Below are positions 18,959 to 29,781 of a DNA stretch of 64,000 bases, in pieces. The notes beneath the pieces are model-generated. The model was not told where the DNA came from. It was given only the letters and a program-made list of their open reading frames with translations, and made no database searches. How positions within the stretch are numbered: the stretch's first letter is position 1; each line of letters opens with the position of its first letter. The DNA is taken from NCBI GenBank assembly GCA_045537595.1, contig JAZSPS010000003.1:19035-83034 (forward strand), read 5' to 3'. This DNA comes from Eubacteriales bacterium (GTDB lineage Bacteria > Bacillota > Clostridia > Oscillospirales > CAG-272). The translations under genes and the position numbers were made by a program.

Positions 18959-18986
18959 TTGATTTTTCTAAAAAATGGTGTAAAAT
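18959..18986 (+). promoter_or_regulatory. groESL promoter
   Basis: TTGATT (18959-18964), 16 nt, TAAAAT (18981-18986), immediately upstream of CIRCE. Confidence 0.55.
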
Positions 18987-18997
18987 ATGTGTATGGG

Positions 18998-19024
18998 TTA
19001 GCACTCAATACAAAAGAGTGCCAA
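18998..19024 (+). promoter_or_regulatory. CIRCE operator (HrcA binding site)
   Basis: TTAGCACTC-N9-GAGTGCCAA has one mismatch to the consensus TTAGCACTC-N9-GAGTGCTAA. It lies 50 nt upstream of groES. Confidence 0.85.
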
Positions 19025-19031
19025 GCTTTAA

Positions 19032-19358
<327 letters not shown>

Positions 19359-19410
19359 TTTTAGTTCCTTAATTTACTTTTTTTACTTTTTTCAGAAAGG
19401 ATAATTTTGA

Positions 19411-21057
<1,647 letters not shown>

Positions 21058-21116
21058 TATCGCTTACCAAGCTCTTTCTTGCGACCGAAAGTAAAATTCA
21101 GTCCGATAAATCATAT

Positions 21117-21157
21117 AAAACGGGAGACGGTTCCTTTTGTGGACCGTCTCCCGTTTT
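21117..21157. terminator. bidirectional intrinsic terminator between convergent groEL and the 122-aa gene
   Basis: AAAACGGGAGACGGT-n11-ACCGTCTCCCGTTTT: a perfect 15-nt arm pair with an A-run and a T-run flanking. Confidence 0.8.
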
Positions 21158-21163
21158 GGTAGC

Positions 21164-21532
21164 TTATTGAGCATCTTCCGTTGTCTCGTTTTCCCTTTTC
21201 TCGGACTCGCCCTTTACCGTATCGTCCTTTTGTGCCTTTTGGGCTTCCCTTTCCCTTTTGGCTTTTTCAATCTCGGATGCCAAAACGCGTATTTTATCCC
21301 GCACGGCATCCAATTCCTCAATGATCGGCGCGATACGCTCTGCCTGCGACTCCCCTGTCTTTAACTGGCGGTAGGTCAGCTTACCCAACAGCTCATATTG
21401 CTCATTTCTCTTTGCTTCCAATGTTTTTAGCTTAATGTGCATGGAGGCTGTATCCGCAAGCTCTCCCGTTTTTTTCCACGCTTTGTTTGCCGCGCGTCCC
21501 ATACCCGCACGGATCTCTTTCCAATCTGCCAT
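21164..21532 (-). CDS. hypothetical coiled-coil protein, lysine/glutamate-rich C-terminus
   Basis: The track ORF starts at a TTG inside the RBS. The ATG at 21532 (MADWKEIRAG...) has GGAGG 8 nt upstream. I recognise no family. Confidence 0.5.
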   Translation of the reverse strand: MADWKEIRAGMGRAANKAWKKTGELADTASMHIKLKTLEAKRNEQYELLGKLTYRQLKTGESQAERIAPIIEELDAVRDKIRVLASEIEKAKREREAQKAQKDDTVKGESEKRENETTEDAQ

Positions 21533-21686
21533 TGTTTTTTCCTCCAAAAATTCGGCTTTTTCCCGTTTTCGTTTTTTTGTTATTCTTATTATACAATAAA
21601 ATCTGAAAATTGTAAATAGGAGAATAAAAAAACTCTATTTTGGTAAAATTAAGTATTGATCCATTTTTGTTTTTCAGGGAGGATGT

Positions 21687-22136
21687 ATGAACATTGACAA
21701 AAAACAGTATAAAAAATATGCTGCCGCCCATGCCCCCAAGTCCCCTTTGATCTCGGACTGTCTCCGAGCCTTTTTGGTTGGAGGCTTGATCTGTGCCATT
21801 GGGCAGGGGTTAACCAAGCTTTACGGCTCGGTTTTCGGTCTTGTGAAGGATGAGGCCTCCGCTCTGACCTCGGTCACCCTTGTTTTTATCGCTGTCCTGC
21901 TTACCGCCATCGGCATTTTTGACCGTATCGCAAAATTCGCGGGAGCGGGTACCTTAGTTCCCATTACCGGTTTTGCCAACTCGGTTGCCTCCCCTGCCAT
22001 TGACAGCCGTGCCGAAGGCTTGGTATTGGGGGTGGGTGCCAAGATCTTTACTGTCGCGGGTCCTGTTCTTCTTTACGGCACTCTTTCCGGCGCGCTTTAC
22101 GGCATCATTTACTATATTTGGGGACTTTTTATTTAA
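21687..22136 (+). CDS. spoVAC: stage V sporulation protein AC (SpoVAC)
   Basis: 149 aa. AFLVGGLICAIGQ and FAGAGTLVPITGFANSV closely match Bacillus SpoVAC (AFLIGGLICVIGQ, FAGAGSAVPVTGFANAV). Confidence 0.9.
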   Translation: MNIDKKQYKKYAAAHAPKSPLISDCLRAFLVGGLICAIGQGLTKLYGSVFGLVKDEASALTSVTLVFIAVLLTAIGIFDRIAKFAGAGTLVPITGFANSVASPAIDSRAEGLVLGVGAKIFTVAGPVLLYGTLSGALYGIIYYIWGLFI

Positions 22137-22147
22137 TTCATTTATTT

Positions 22148-22675
22148 TCATCGGATAAGTCGGAGCGCTTTTTGCTGAAGTGTCTCCGACTCTTCTGTAA
22201 TCATCATGACCACATATCGCCCTTTACTGACAATTCGAACGCAATCACTCAGCTTTTCATAGGTCGTTTCTCGCAAGCCAACTCGGATCTCATCGGACCG
22301 AGACAGGCACAGCGCCACGATTCGGTCCGCGTCCTGCGATGAATAGCATTGAAACACGGCAATTTCATAGGGGGCGGCAAAGGAAGAAAGATAGATGGCG
22401 TATTCCTCTGTCCGCGCCAAATTTTCTTCCCCCTCCTCGCCATACAGCGAGCGAATCAAGGAAGGTGACAAAAAACTGTCCTCTCCCTCTTCCGCTCCCG
22501 AAAGATAAACTCTGCCTTGGGGAAGCTCCGCGCATTCTGCCTTTAATTCGTAAAGGATATCCTCCGCTCCCAGTTCCTGTCTTTTACAAGCGGCGAGGCA
22601 TGGAAGGGCACAGCAACCAATTAAGAAAAAGATTCCAAGACCTTGCAGCTTTTTTTTGATCCTCTTACGCATCAT
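22148..22675 (-). CDS. lipoprotein, DUF4358-like
   Basis: Signal peptide with lipobox (LPCLAAC). The body (YEIAVFQCYSSQDADRIVAL...) resembles DUF4358 as I recall it. Confidence 0.55.
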   Translation of the reverse strand: MMRKRIKKKLQGLGIFFLIGCCALPCLAACKRQELGAEDILYELKAECAELPQGRVYLSGAEEGEDSFLSPSLIRSLYGEEGEENLARTEEYAIYLSSFAAPYEIAVFQCYSSQDADRIVALCLSRSDEIRVGLRETTYEKLSDCVRIVSKGRYVVMMITEESETLQQKALRLIR

Positions 22676-22809
22676 TTAGTATTCTCCTTTGTGAACGGTC
22701 TTTTTTCATTTTTATTTTAATTTAGTGTATGACCGATCTTAACGATCCATGACCAAACAAAAAAGAAGAAGGCTTACATGAGCCTTCCTCCCGAAAAATT
22801 TTTTCATTT

Positions 22810-23442
22810 TTACTTGGTAATTCCTTCTCCCGAAAAGCCTCCGGTGAGGGTTCGGAAAATGATCTTACAATCCTCCCGCAGGCTCATACTCCCTGCGTAT
22901 TGGATATCAAAGCTTGCCTTTTCGCTATCTTTAAGAAGGTCTCTTCCGTTGATCTGAGCAAGACCTGTCATTCCCGGACGTATTTGATAGACACCGTTCC
23001 TTTTTCGCAGCTCATGAACGGTTTGCTCTTTTGGGATGAGCGGTCGGGGTCCCACAAGGCTCATATCCCCTCGCAATACATTCCACAGCTGAGGCAATTC
23101 GTCCATACTGGTACGTCGCAAAAAACGACCAATGTGGGTAATATAGCGTTCCGCCTCTGTAAATTCCGCGGTAGAAAGATCTCTTGGCGCTTCCTTATAC
23201 ATGGTTCGGAATTTATAACAGGTAAACAATTTTCCGTCTCTTCCCACCCTCTTTTGCCGAAAAAGAGCTCCTCCCGAGGACTCAAGGCAGATCAACGCGC
23301 CAATCGCCGCCATAGGAAGCCATAGAAGCAACAAAAGCACGGCAGAAAAAAACAGATCCATTCCTCTTTTCAAATAACGGTAATAGTTCTTTTTTTTCGC
23401 GCGGTTCCTATTGGCATCCGATCTATCCATACCGCCATCCAT
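22810..23442 (-). CDS. small monotopic phosphoglycosyl transferase (bacterial sugar transferase, PglC/WbaP C-terminal type)
   Basis: KRGMDLFFS..., one re-entrant helix, DELPQLWNVLRGDMSLVGPRP motif. Start placed at MDGGMD (AGGGGTGA RBS). The track start 23496 has no RBS. Confidence 0.8.
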   Translation of the reverse strand: MDGGMDRSDANRNRAKKKNYYRYLKRGMDLFFSAVLLLLLWLPMAAIGALICLESSGGALFRQKRVGRDGKLFTCYKFRTMYKEAPRDLSTAEFTEAERYITHIGRFLRRTSMDELPQLWNVLRGDMSLVGPRPLIPKEQTVHELRKRNGVYQIRPGMTGLAQINGRDLLKDSEKASFDIQYAGSMSLREDCKIIFRTLTGGFSGEGITK

Positions 23443-23627
23443 ACGCTCACCCCTTCCGCCTTTGACTTTAGGGTGTGTATTTTTTGCTGAAATCATTCAA
23501 AGACGTTAAAATTCTTTCCCGATCTGTTTTTTCGTTGTTTTTCCGCTGATGAACTTTTGCGTTGATTTTTTTACAAAATTATGTTACAATACCATAGGTA
23601 TGATTCACGTATTTTTATGGAGGCATT

Positions 23628-24578
23628 ATGATTTTCTTTTGGATTTTCTGTATTGCTGTAATTTCCCTTTTTGTCTTTTTCTTTTTCTTTGGTTATTTTC
23701 TATTTATTCGTGCTTGCGGAAGACGAAGCCATTATCCCTCCGATCACAGTGAGCACGCCGGCGGCTCTCCAATTCCCGAAAAGGGTCGTATTCTTCGGGA
23801 GGAAAGCAGGCGCTGGTTTGATACACAAGCCTTTGAAGAACTATCTGTGGAGGCTTTTGACGGCATTCCTCTTTTTGCCCGTTTTCTTCCCGTGCCAAGC
23901 GAGCCCAAGGGGCTCATCCTCTGTTTCCACGGCTATCACTCCTCTTGCCGACGGGATCTTTCCATTCAAGCCCATGCTCTTCACAAGGCGGGCTATCATC
24001 TTCTTTTGGTTTCCCAACGGGCGCACGGTAAAAGCGGAGGACGTTATATTTGTTTTGGAGCAAAGGAGCATAGGGATGCTTTATCCTGGTGCGAATATAT
24101 GAGCCGTCGATTTCCCTCCCTCCCTATGGCTCTCATGGGACTCTCCATGGGTGCCTCCACGGTTTTGATGTCCTTATCCCTCGGTCTTCCCCACAATGTA
24201 AAGTGTGTGATTGCCGATTGCGGATTTACCTCTCCTTGGGAGATCATTTGGCGCACCCTTCGTTACAAGCACAAGATCTTTCCCTTTCCCGCAATCTATT
24301 TTATGAACTACTGGAGCAGAAATCTTGCCCATTTTGATTACCGACAAATATCCGTTCTTGACATTTTAAGCGAAGGCTCACTTCCCGTACTTTTATTTCA
24401 TGGAGAAAGGGATCGGTTTGTTCCCACGGAAATGTCCAAAAAAATGGCTGCTATCGCGCCAAACCGTATTGAGCTGGTGATCGTTTCGGGTGCCAAGCAT
24501 GCCCAAGCTGTTTTATTTTCCCCTGAGGAATATATTTCCAAGCTGTTATTGTTTTTAGGGGAGCACGCAGCCGATTGA
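23628..24578 (+). CDS. membrane-anchored alpha/beta hydrolase
   Basis: N-terminal TM helix, nucleophile elbow GLSMGAS, and later D and H (GERDRFVP, AKHAQA) consistent with a Ser-Asp-His triad. Confidence 0.75.
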   Translation: MIFFWIFCIAVISLFVFFFFFGYFLFIRACGRRSHYPSDHSEHAGGSPIPEKGRILREESRRWFDTQAFEELSVEAFDGIPLFARFLPVPSEPKGLILCFHGYHSSCRRDLSIQAHALHKAGYHLLLVSQRAHGKSGGRYICFGAKEHRDALSWCEYMSRRFPSLPMALMGLSMGASTVLMSLSLGLPHNVKCVIADCGFTSPWEIIWRTLRYKHKIFPFPAIYFMNYWSRNLAHFDYRQISVLDILSEGSLPVLLFHGERDRFVPTEMSKKMAAIAPNRIELVIVSGAKHAQAVLFSPEEYISKLLLFLGEHAAD

Positions 24579-24650
24579 TTCTTTTCAAAGTTACTTTCGT
24601 GAAAGGATTATGTCACTTTCTCTATTGACAGAAAGTGACCAAAGATCAAC

Positions 24651-24689
24651 AAAAGGAGAGGGAGGTTACGGATTCCTCCCTCTCCTTTT
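24651..24689 (+). terminator. intrinsic terminator after the hydrolase gene
   Basis: AAAAGGAGAGGGAGG-n9-CCTCCCTCTCCTTTT: perfect 15-nt arms. It is preceded by a second 10-bp hairpin (24612-24639) that lacks a U-tract. Confidence 0.8.
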
Positions 24690-24885
24690 GAAACCTCTCC
24701 TACGCAAACGCTACGCACTATTGTTTGTTGGGGAAAGGTCTTTTTATGGTATTGCCTCCTGCGTCGGCAAGGATCCTTCGCTTCGCTCTGGATAACACGT
24801 ATGATAGTTTGTGCGAGAATTAAAGTTTATCTGTCGCACATTCCTCATTTCGTGTCATGCTTCACAAAGCAACCATAGATACATC

Positions 24886-24925
24886 GATAAAAAACAGCCG
24901 CCTCAAAATTTCGTTTGAGACGGCT
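24886..24925 (-). terminator. intrinsic terminator after the MgtC pair
   Basis: AGCCGCCTCAAA / TTTGAGACGGCT (one mismatch), followed on the minus strand by GTTTTTTAT. Confidence 0.7.
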
Positions 24926-24972
24926 ATCCTAATTCTTATGTATTTTAGTATGAAATAATACGTCTGGTTCGA

Positions 24973-25668
24973 TTAAAGCTCTTCGACAGACACCACGCCT
25001 TCCAGCTTCGCGATAATTGCCATCAGATTTTGATGGGAAATTTTTCTCGGCGACTGAATGGAAAAAATGGCGCAAGGATTTCGACTTCCGTCGGCGCTTT
25101 TTGTAATCTCCATATCAACAATATACGCTCCCGCTTTTTTCAGCGCATCCACAATCCCTCCCAGATGGACGCTTTCCGTATATTCCACATACAAATTTAC
25201 CGCTCTCGCGTGAGCTACGATAAAATACTCAAGCTTCGCAAACACCAGCTCGGCAAGCAAAATGATCAGAGTAGCCAAAACCGCTCCCTCAAAGAATCCC
25301 GCTCCGCAGCAAAGACCAACAATTGCCGCTGCCCACAAGCCTGCCGCCGTTGTCAGCCCCTTTACCTGACGCCGTTTGGTAATGATGATGGTTCCCGCTC
25401 CGATAAATCCGATTCCCGCAATGACCTGAGCGCCCAAGCGCGCCATATCGGTAAACAGATGCAATTCCAAAACCAGATACTGGCTGGTAAGTGTTGTCAT
25501 TGCCGCACCCAAGCAGATCAGAATATGAGTACGAAATCCCGCGGGACGGCGTTTTCTTTCCCGTTCCAGACCGATTACGCCTCCGCACAGCATTGCCAAC
25601 ACAAGACGAACGGCTATGGTCAGCAGATCAAGTTGATCACTTCTTAAAAAATTCAAGCATTCAAGCAT
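24973..25668 (-). CDS. MgtC/SapB family membrane protein (paralogue 2)
   Basis: GLERERKRRPAGFRTH, four to five TM helices, GAGTIIITKRRQVKGLTTAAGLW, and a soluble ACT-like C-terminus. Confidence 0.85.
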   Translation of the reverse strand: MLECLNFLRSDQLDLLTIAVRLVLAMLCGGVIGLERERKRRPAGFRTHILICLGAAMTTLTSQYLVLELHLFTDMARLGAQVIAGIGFIGAGTIIITKRRQVKGLTTAAGLWAAAIVGLCCGAGFFEGAVLATLIILLAELVFAKLEYFIVAHARAVNLYVEYTESVHLGGIVDALKKAGAYIVDMEITKSADGSRNPCAIFSIQSPRKISHQNLMAIIAKLEGVVSVEEL

Positions 25669-25680
25669 TTTTCCGCCTCC

Positions 25681-26382
25681 TTACAGTTCCTCGATTGTTC
25701 GCACATTTTTAACCTCAGCGATTGCCGTCATTACCGCTGTGTGCGGCTTCTTTTTCGGAAGCTGAAGAGAAAAAATGGCACTGGGAAATACGGTTCCCTT
25801 TCCCTTGGTTATCTCTACGTCAAATATGCGAATTTGCTGCTCTTTGATCTTCTCGATGATCTCTGACAAATCATCCGAGTGTTCAAACTCCACATACAGA
25901 TTTATATTTCTGGAATGTGACAGGATAAAACGCTCAAATTTTGAGAACACCACGATCGTTAAGAAGATCAGAAAGCATCCAATCAGTGCCGCGGTATAAA
26001 ATCCGGCTCCGATGGCAAGTCCCATACAAGCGGATGCCCAAAGTCCTGCCGCGGTCGTCATACCCTTTACCTGCTGACGTCCTGTTACAATAATCGTTCC
26101 CGCGCCGATAAAGCCGATTCCGTTGATCACCTGCGCGCCAAATCGGGAAATATCGGTTTTTGTATAATCCATTTCCGGATCCAAATGCCAGATCGGTCCT
26201 GTCAGCATGCTTGCCAAATATGTACTCAGAACGATCGTCAATGCCGCGCCCATGCATACCAGCATATGCGTTCGAAAGCCTGCCGCCCGGTGTTTTCTTC
26301 CCCGTTCGATGCCGATCAAGCCACCACACAAGGATGCCACGGACAAGCGAATAACCATATCCCAAATAGAGAGTGTTACCAT
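25681..26382 (-). CDS. MgtC/SapB family membrane protein (paralogue 1)
   Basis: GIERGRKHRAAGFRTH and GAGTIIVTGRQQVKGMTTAAGLW, with the same architecture as the downstream copy. The gap between them is 12 nt. Confidence 0.85.
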   Translation of the reverse strand: MVTLSIWDMVIRLSVASLCGGLIGIERGRKHRAAGFRTHMLVCMGAALTIVLSTYLASMLTGPIWHLDPEMDYTKTDISRFGAQVINGIGFIGAGTIIVTGRQQVKGMTTAAGLWASACMGLAIGAGFYTAALIGCFLIFLTIVVFSKFERFILSHSRNINLYVEFEHSDDLSEIIEKIKEQQIRIFDVEITKGKGTVFPSAIFSLQLPKKKPHTAVMTAIAEVKNVRTIEEL

Positions 26383-26592
26383 GAATTTCTCCTTTCATGA
26401 AATGAACTTATATACAAATCTATCTACAATATGCACAACCAATTTTTAATAAATAATAAAAAGACGAAGAAACGGGCAAATATATATAATACAAATATAT
26501 ATAATATATATTATATCTCATTTATTCGTCTTTTGCAATAGATTTTTTTACAATTTTTTCTGTGTTTTTACGCATGCCTTTAAAAGGGCACC

Positions 26593-28140
26593 TCAGCTGC
26601 TCAAAACTACCTCAAAGGTCAACTGCTGTCCCGAGCGGACCACCGTCAAGGTTATTGTATCCCCGGGAGCCTTTTGATTGATCGCCGCGCTGACATCCTC
26701 GGCGCTTTGAATCATTTTATTATCAATACGGATGATCAGATCTCCTGTTTTCAAAATAGCTGCCGCCGATGCGCTATCGGAGGAGAAGCGCACCACGCGA
26801 ACTCCGTAAACGCCGCCGATCTCATCTGCCTCCCCAACGATCCCCAATTTAGGCGCTCGCACACTGACGCAGGACAGCAATTCATCACTCAGGGCTTCTC
26901 CCTGACGCATAGCGTTCAAAATTTTGACCGCCCCGTCTGAGGGAATGGCAAAGCCGATTCCCGAGTAATTATTTCCCAGCTTCATCGTGATCACCCCGAT
27001 CACCCGTCCGTATTCATCGAAAAGGGGGCATCCAGAATTTCCGGGATTCACGAGAGCGTTGGTTTGGATGAGTGTCATTTTCTTCTGCAACGCTCCTGTT
27101 GCTTCATCGTAAACCCGCACGCAACGGTCCAGATAAGAAACCTCTCCCGAGCAGACGCTTCCCGCATAATCCAAGGAAGCGGGAGTTCCGATCGCCACTA
27201 CCTTCTCCCCGATCAAAAGCTGATTCGACGAGCCGAAGGTCACGTATGGAAGATTTTCGGCTTGAATCTTCAAAAGCGCAAGATCGGTCAGAGCATCGCC
27301 CGCAACGAGCTCGGCGCGGTAACGTTCTCCGTTGGACAAAACCACTGTAAGCTCCGACATTCCCGCTACCACATGATTCGCTGTGGCAATATATCCGTCT
27401 GAGCTCAAAACAAAGCCTGAGCCCACGCCTGAAGCGCTTCCATTTGCCGTTAGGATCGAGACGACGCTATCGACGCATTTTTCGTACAGCTCCGATGTTG
27501 TTAAAATTCCGCTGGTATCGTCATATTGCTTTACAAAAATGATTTTTTCCGCACCCGTACCGTTACCCGATTCCGCCAGCGCATTTTCAGAGGACGTATC
27601 TTGCTGAGGCTCTGACGGAGATCCCTTATATTTTACTCCAAGCGCCAATGTCAGTCCCATAATTACCATTGCCGTTGTCAATGTGACCGCGAGAACGACA
27701 CCAAGCAGCACTGCTCCGCCTGTTTTTTTCTTTTGTTTCTTTTGTTTTTTTCGCTCCTCCCGCTCATACGCCTCACTTTGGCTCCACGCGAAAGCCGAAT
27801 ACTCTTCTTGAAGCTCTTTTGTTTCTTGCTTTTGCCACTGTGCTTCGCGGACAGGTTCCCTCAGCGCTTCTCTTTCGTTCGCTTCATACGGCAAGGAAGG
27901 CGTATTTTTCTCCTTCGCGCTTGTATTTACTTCCGCGATTTTTTGTGTATCCTTCTGTTCTATTACAAGATCTATAAAGGCTTGTTCCGAATCTGCTTCC
28001 TTATCTGCTTCCTTATCCTGCGAAAAGCCCATTTTTTCCATTTCTTGCTCATTGCTATCCGCCAGATCGTTTTCAGCTGTATTCTTATTTCTTCCCTTCG
28101 GATATGCCTCTTTTCCGTTTTTTTCGTGTTTTCCGTTCAT
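26593..28140 (-). CDS. HtrA/DegP-family serine protease with a PDZ domain and a long charged N-terminal region
   Basis: Catalytic motifs TANHVV, D (ALTDLALLKI) and GNSGCPLF, a C-terminal PDZ, and one TM (AVLLGVVLAVTLTTAMVIMGL). Start at MNGKHEK (GGAGGTGA RBS). Confidence 0.85.
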   Translation of the reverse strand: MNGKHEKNGKEAYPKGRNKNTAENDLADSNEQEMEKMGFSQDKEADKEADSEQAFIDLVIEQKDTQKIAEVNTSAKEKNTPSLPYEANEREALREPVREAQWQKQETKELQEEYSAFAWSQSEAYEREERKKQKKQKKKTGGAVLLGVVLAVTLTTAMVIMGLTLALGVKYKGSPSEPQQDTSSENALAESGNGTGAEKIIFVKQYDDTSGILTTSELYEKCVDSVVSILTANGSASGVGSGFVLSSDGYIATANHVVAGMSELTVVLSNGERYRAELVAGDALTDLALLKIQAENLPYVTFGSSNQLLIGEKVVAIGTPASLDYAGSVCSGEVSYLDRCVRVYDEATGALQKKMTLIQTNALVNPGNSGCPLFDEYGRVIGVITMKLGNNYSGIGFAIPSDGAVKILNAMRQGEALSDELLSCVSVRAPKLGIVGEADEIGGVYGVRVVRFSSDSASAAAILKTGDLIIRIDNKMIQSAEDVSAAINQKAPGDTITLTVVRSGQQLTFEVVLSS

Positions 28141-28229
28141 ACGCTCACCTCCAAAATGACATGAATAGAATTCTCCTATCAAGCCCGGGCGATTCTATCT
28201 ATTCTATTCTTTTGTCATTTCTCGGTGAT

Positions 28230-29684
28230 TTATTCACCCGGAAGTGTAAATTTAAAGCAACAATTTTTTCCAAATTCGCTTTCCGCCCATATTTTTTCTC
28301 CATGGGCTTCCACAATCGTTTTTGAAATGAAAAGTCCCAAGCCTACACCTGATTTATTGAGCCCTCGGCTTTTATCGCTTTTATAAAAACGATCAAACAC
28401 GTACGGAAGATCGGCGCTTGATATTCCCTGTCCCTCATTATAGACCGCCACAAGAAATTTTCGATTCTTCAGCTTTTGAATGGAAATACGGAATTTTCCG
28501 CCTTCCGCGGCAAATTTCACCGCGTTATCGCAAAGGTTATAAAAAACCTGATAAATTGCGTCTCTATCCGCTATGACCGATATATTTTCTTCCGAGCAAT
28601 CAAAGAAAACATTTAACTGTTTATCGTTGATTTTTTGCTCAAAGGAGATCAATATTTCTCTGCCCATTTCGCATATATCAAAGGGAGACATCGTGAACTT
28701 TCGCTCCCCTGCCTGAATTCGGGACAGATCTAACAGTGAGGACACCAATCTTGAAAGTCTTTTCACCTCTCCCGAGACAATTTGCAAATAATACTGATGC
28801 TTATCGGGAGGAATCACCCCATCAATAATTCCATCGATAAAGCCCGCGATGGAGGTCATGGGAGTTCGCAGGTCATGGGAAACATTGGACATGAAGGTAT
28901 TTCGCATAATATCGTAATTATTTAGAGATTCCGCCATGTTATTAAACGCCACCGCAAGCTCCGCTACCTCATCCCTGCCCCGAACGGGAACGCGGATATC
29001 AAAATTTCCTGACGCGAAGCTTTTTGCTGCCTTACTGATTTCCCGAAGCGGCTGGATCACCTTCTCGCTGACAAAATAAACCGCTATCAGTGTAGCGAAC
29101 AGGATTGCCGCGCTGGCGCTTAAGATTGTTTGGATAATAATCTCCAGCAATTCGGTCAACATGACTGACGAAACACATACAAACACGGCGCCTTCTATGG
29201 AACCGTCATCTGTCGTCAACGGCAACGCGTAAATATAATGTGTTTCCTCGAACAAATGATATCTCTCTATATTTTGCGTAATGAAGCCTCCCGCTCCCGT
29301 TGCTTCTCCCATCAGCAGCTCGGGCAAAACCATACCCGCTTCCACTTCTTGATAATCGTTTCCCACGGAAAGCAGGACCTTACCGTTCGCGTTGGCAACC
29401 AACATAGTGATATCATCGGAATGGGATGCTACCACGGTAAGTATTCCCCGAATATCCTCCTCGTTCCGTTGAATGGTATCCTCCAGACTTTGGCTGTGAT
29501 CGGAGGGTAATTTGGATTCCAGATATGTTACCGAGGAACGTGCCGCCGTTTCCATAATATCCGCTTTTGTTTTTTCGGAGTAATTTTGAATAATGGAGGT
29601 TATGACCAAAATTAACATCAGAAAGCTAAAAAATATAATCATCACGAACGCGAAAATATATTTCGCGAACACGCTTTTAAACAT
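28230..29684 (-). CDS. sensor histidine kinase (2 TM, HAMP, HisKA, HATPase_c)
   Basis: H-box SNVSHDLRTPMTSI, N-box YNLCDNAVKF, G-boxes (GLGLFISK). Start at MFKSVF (GGAGGAAA RBS). The track's TTG start is rejected. Confidence 0.85.
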   Translation of the reverse strand: MFKSVFAKYIFAFVMIIFFSFLMLILVITSIIQNYSEKTKADIMETAARSSVTYLESKLPSDHSQSLEDTIQRNEEDIRGILTVVASHSDDITMLVANANGKVLLSVGNDYQEVEAGMVLPELLMGEATGAGGFITQNIERYHLFEETHYIYALPLTTDDGSIEGAVFVCVSSVMLTELLEIIIQTILSASAAILFATLIAVYFVSEKVIQPLREISKAAKSFASGNFDIRVPVRGRDEVAELAVAFNNMAESLNNYDIMRNTFMSNVSHDLRTPMTSIAGFIDGIIDGVIPPDKHQYYLQIVSGEVKRLSRLVSSLLDLSRIQAGERKFTMSPFDICEMGREILISFEQKINDKQLNVFFDCSEENISVIADRDAIYQVFYNLCDNAVKFAAEGGKFRISIQKLKNRKFLVAVYNEGQGISSADLPYVFDRFYKSDKSRGLNKSGVGLGLFISKTIVEAHGEKIWAESEFGKNCCFKFTLPGE

Positions 29685-29781
29685 CTTATTTCCTCCCCTC
29701 GGCAATCAAGGGGGCTGTTGCACTTTGTGCCGCATCCCCCTTGTTTCTTTTTTATATTTTTATGATCCGTTTCCGTCTGAA

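Noticed and set aside
26383-26592. Possible M-box (Mg2+ riboswitch), and an (AT)n low-complexity stretch at 26478-26516 considered as a repeat array.
   Set aside because: No M-box conserved blocks are present. The AT-rich stretch is a single low-complexity run inside the loop of the terminator-like hairpin downstream of htrA, with no spacer/repeat periodicity.
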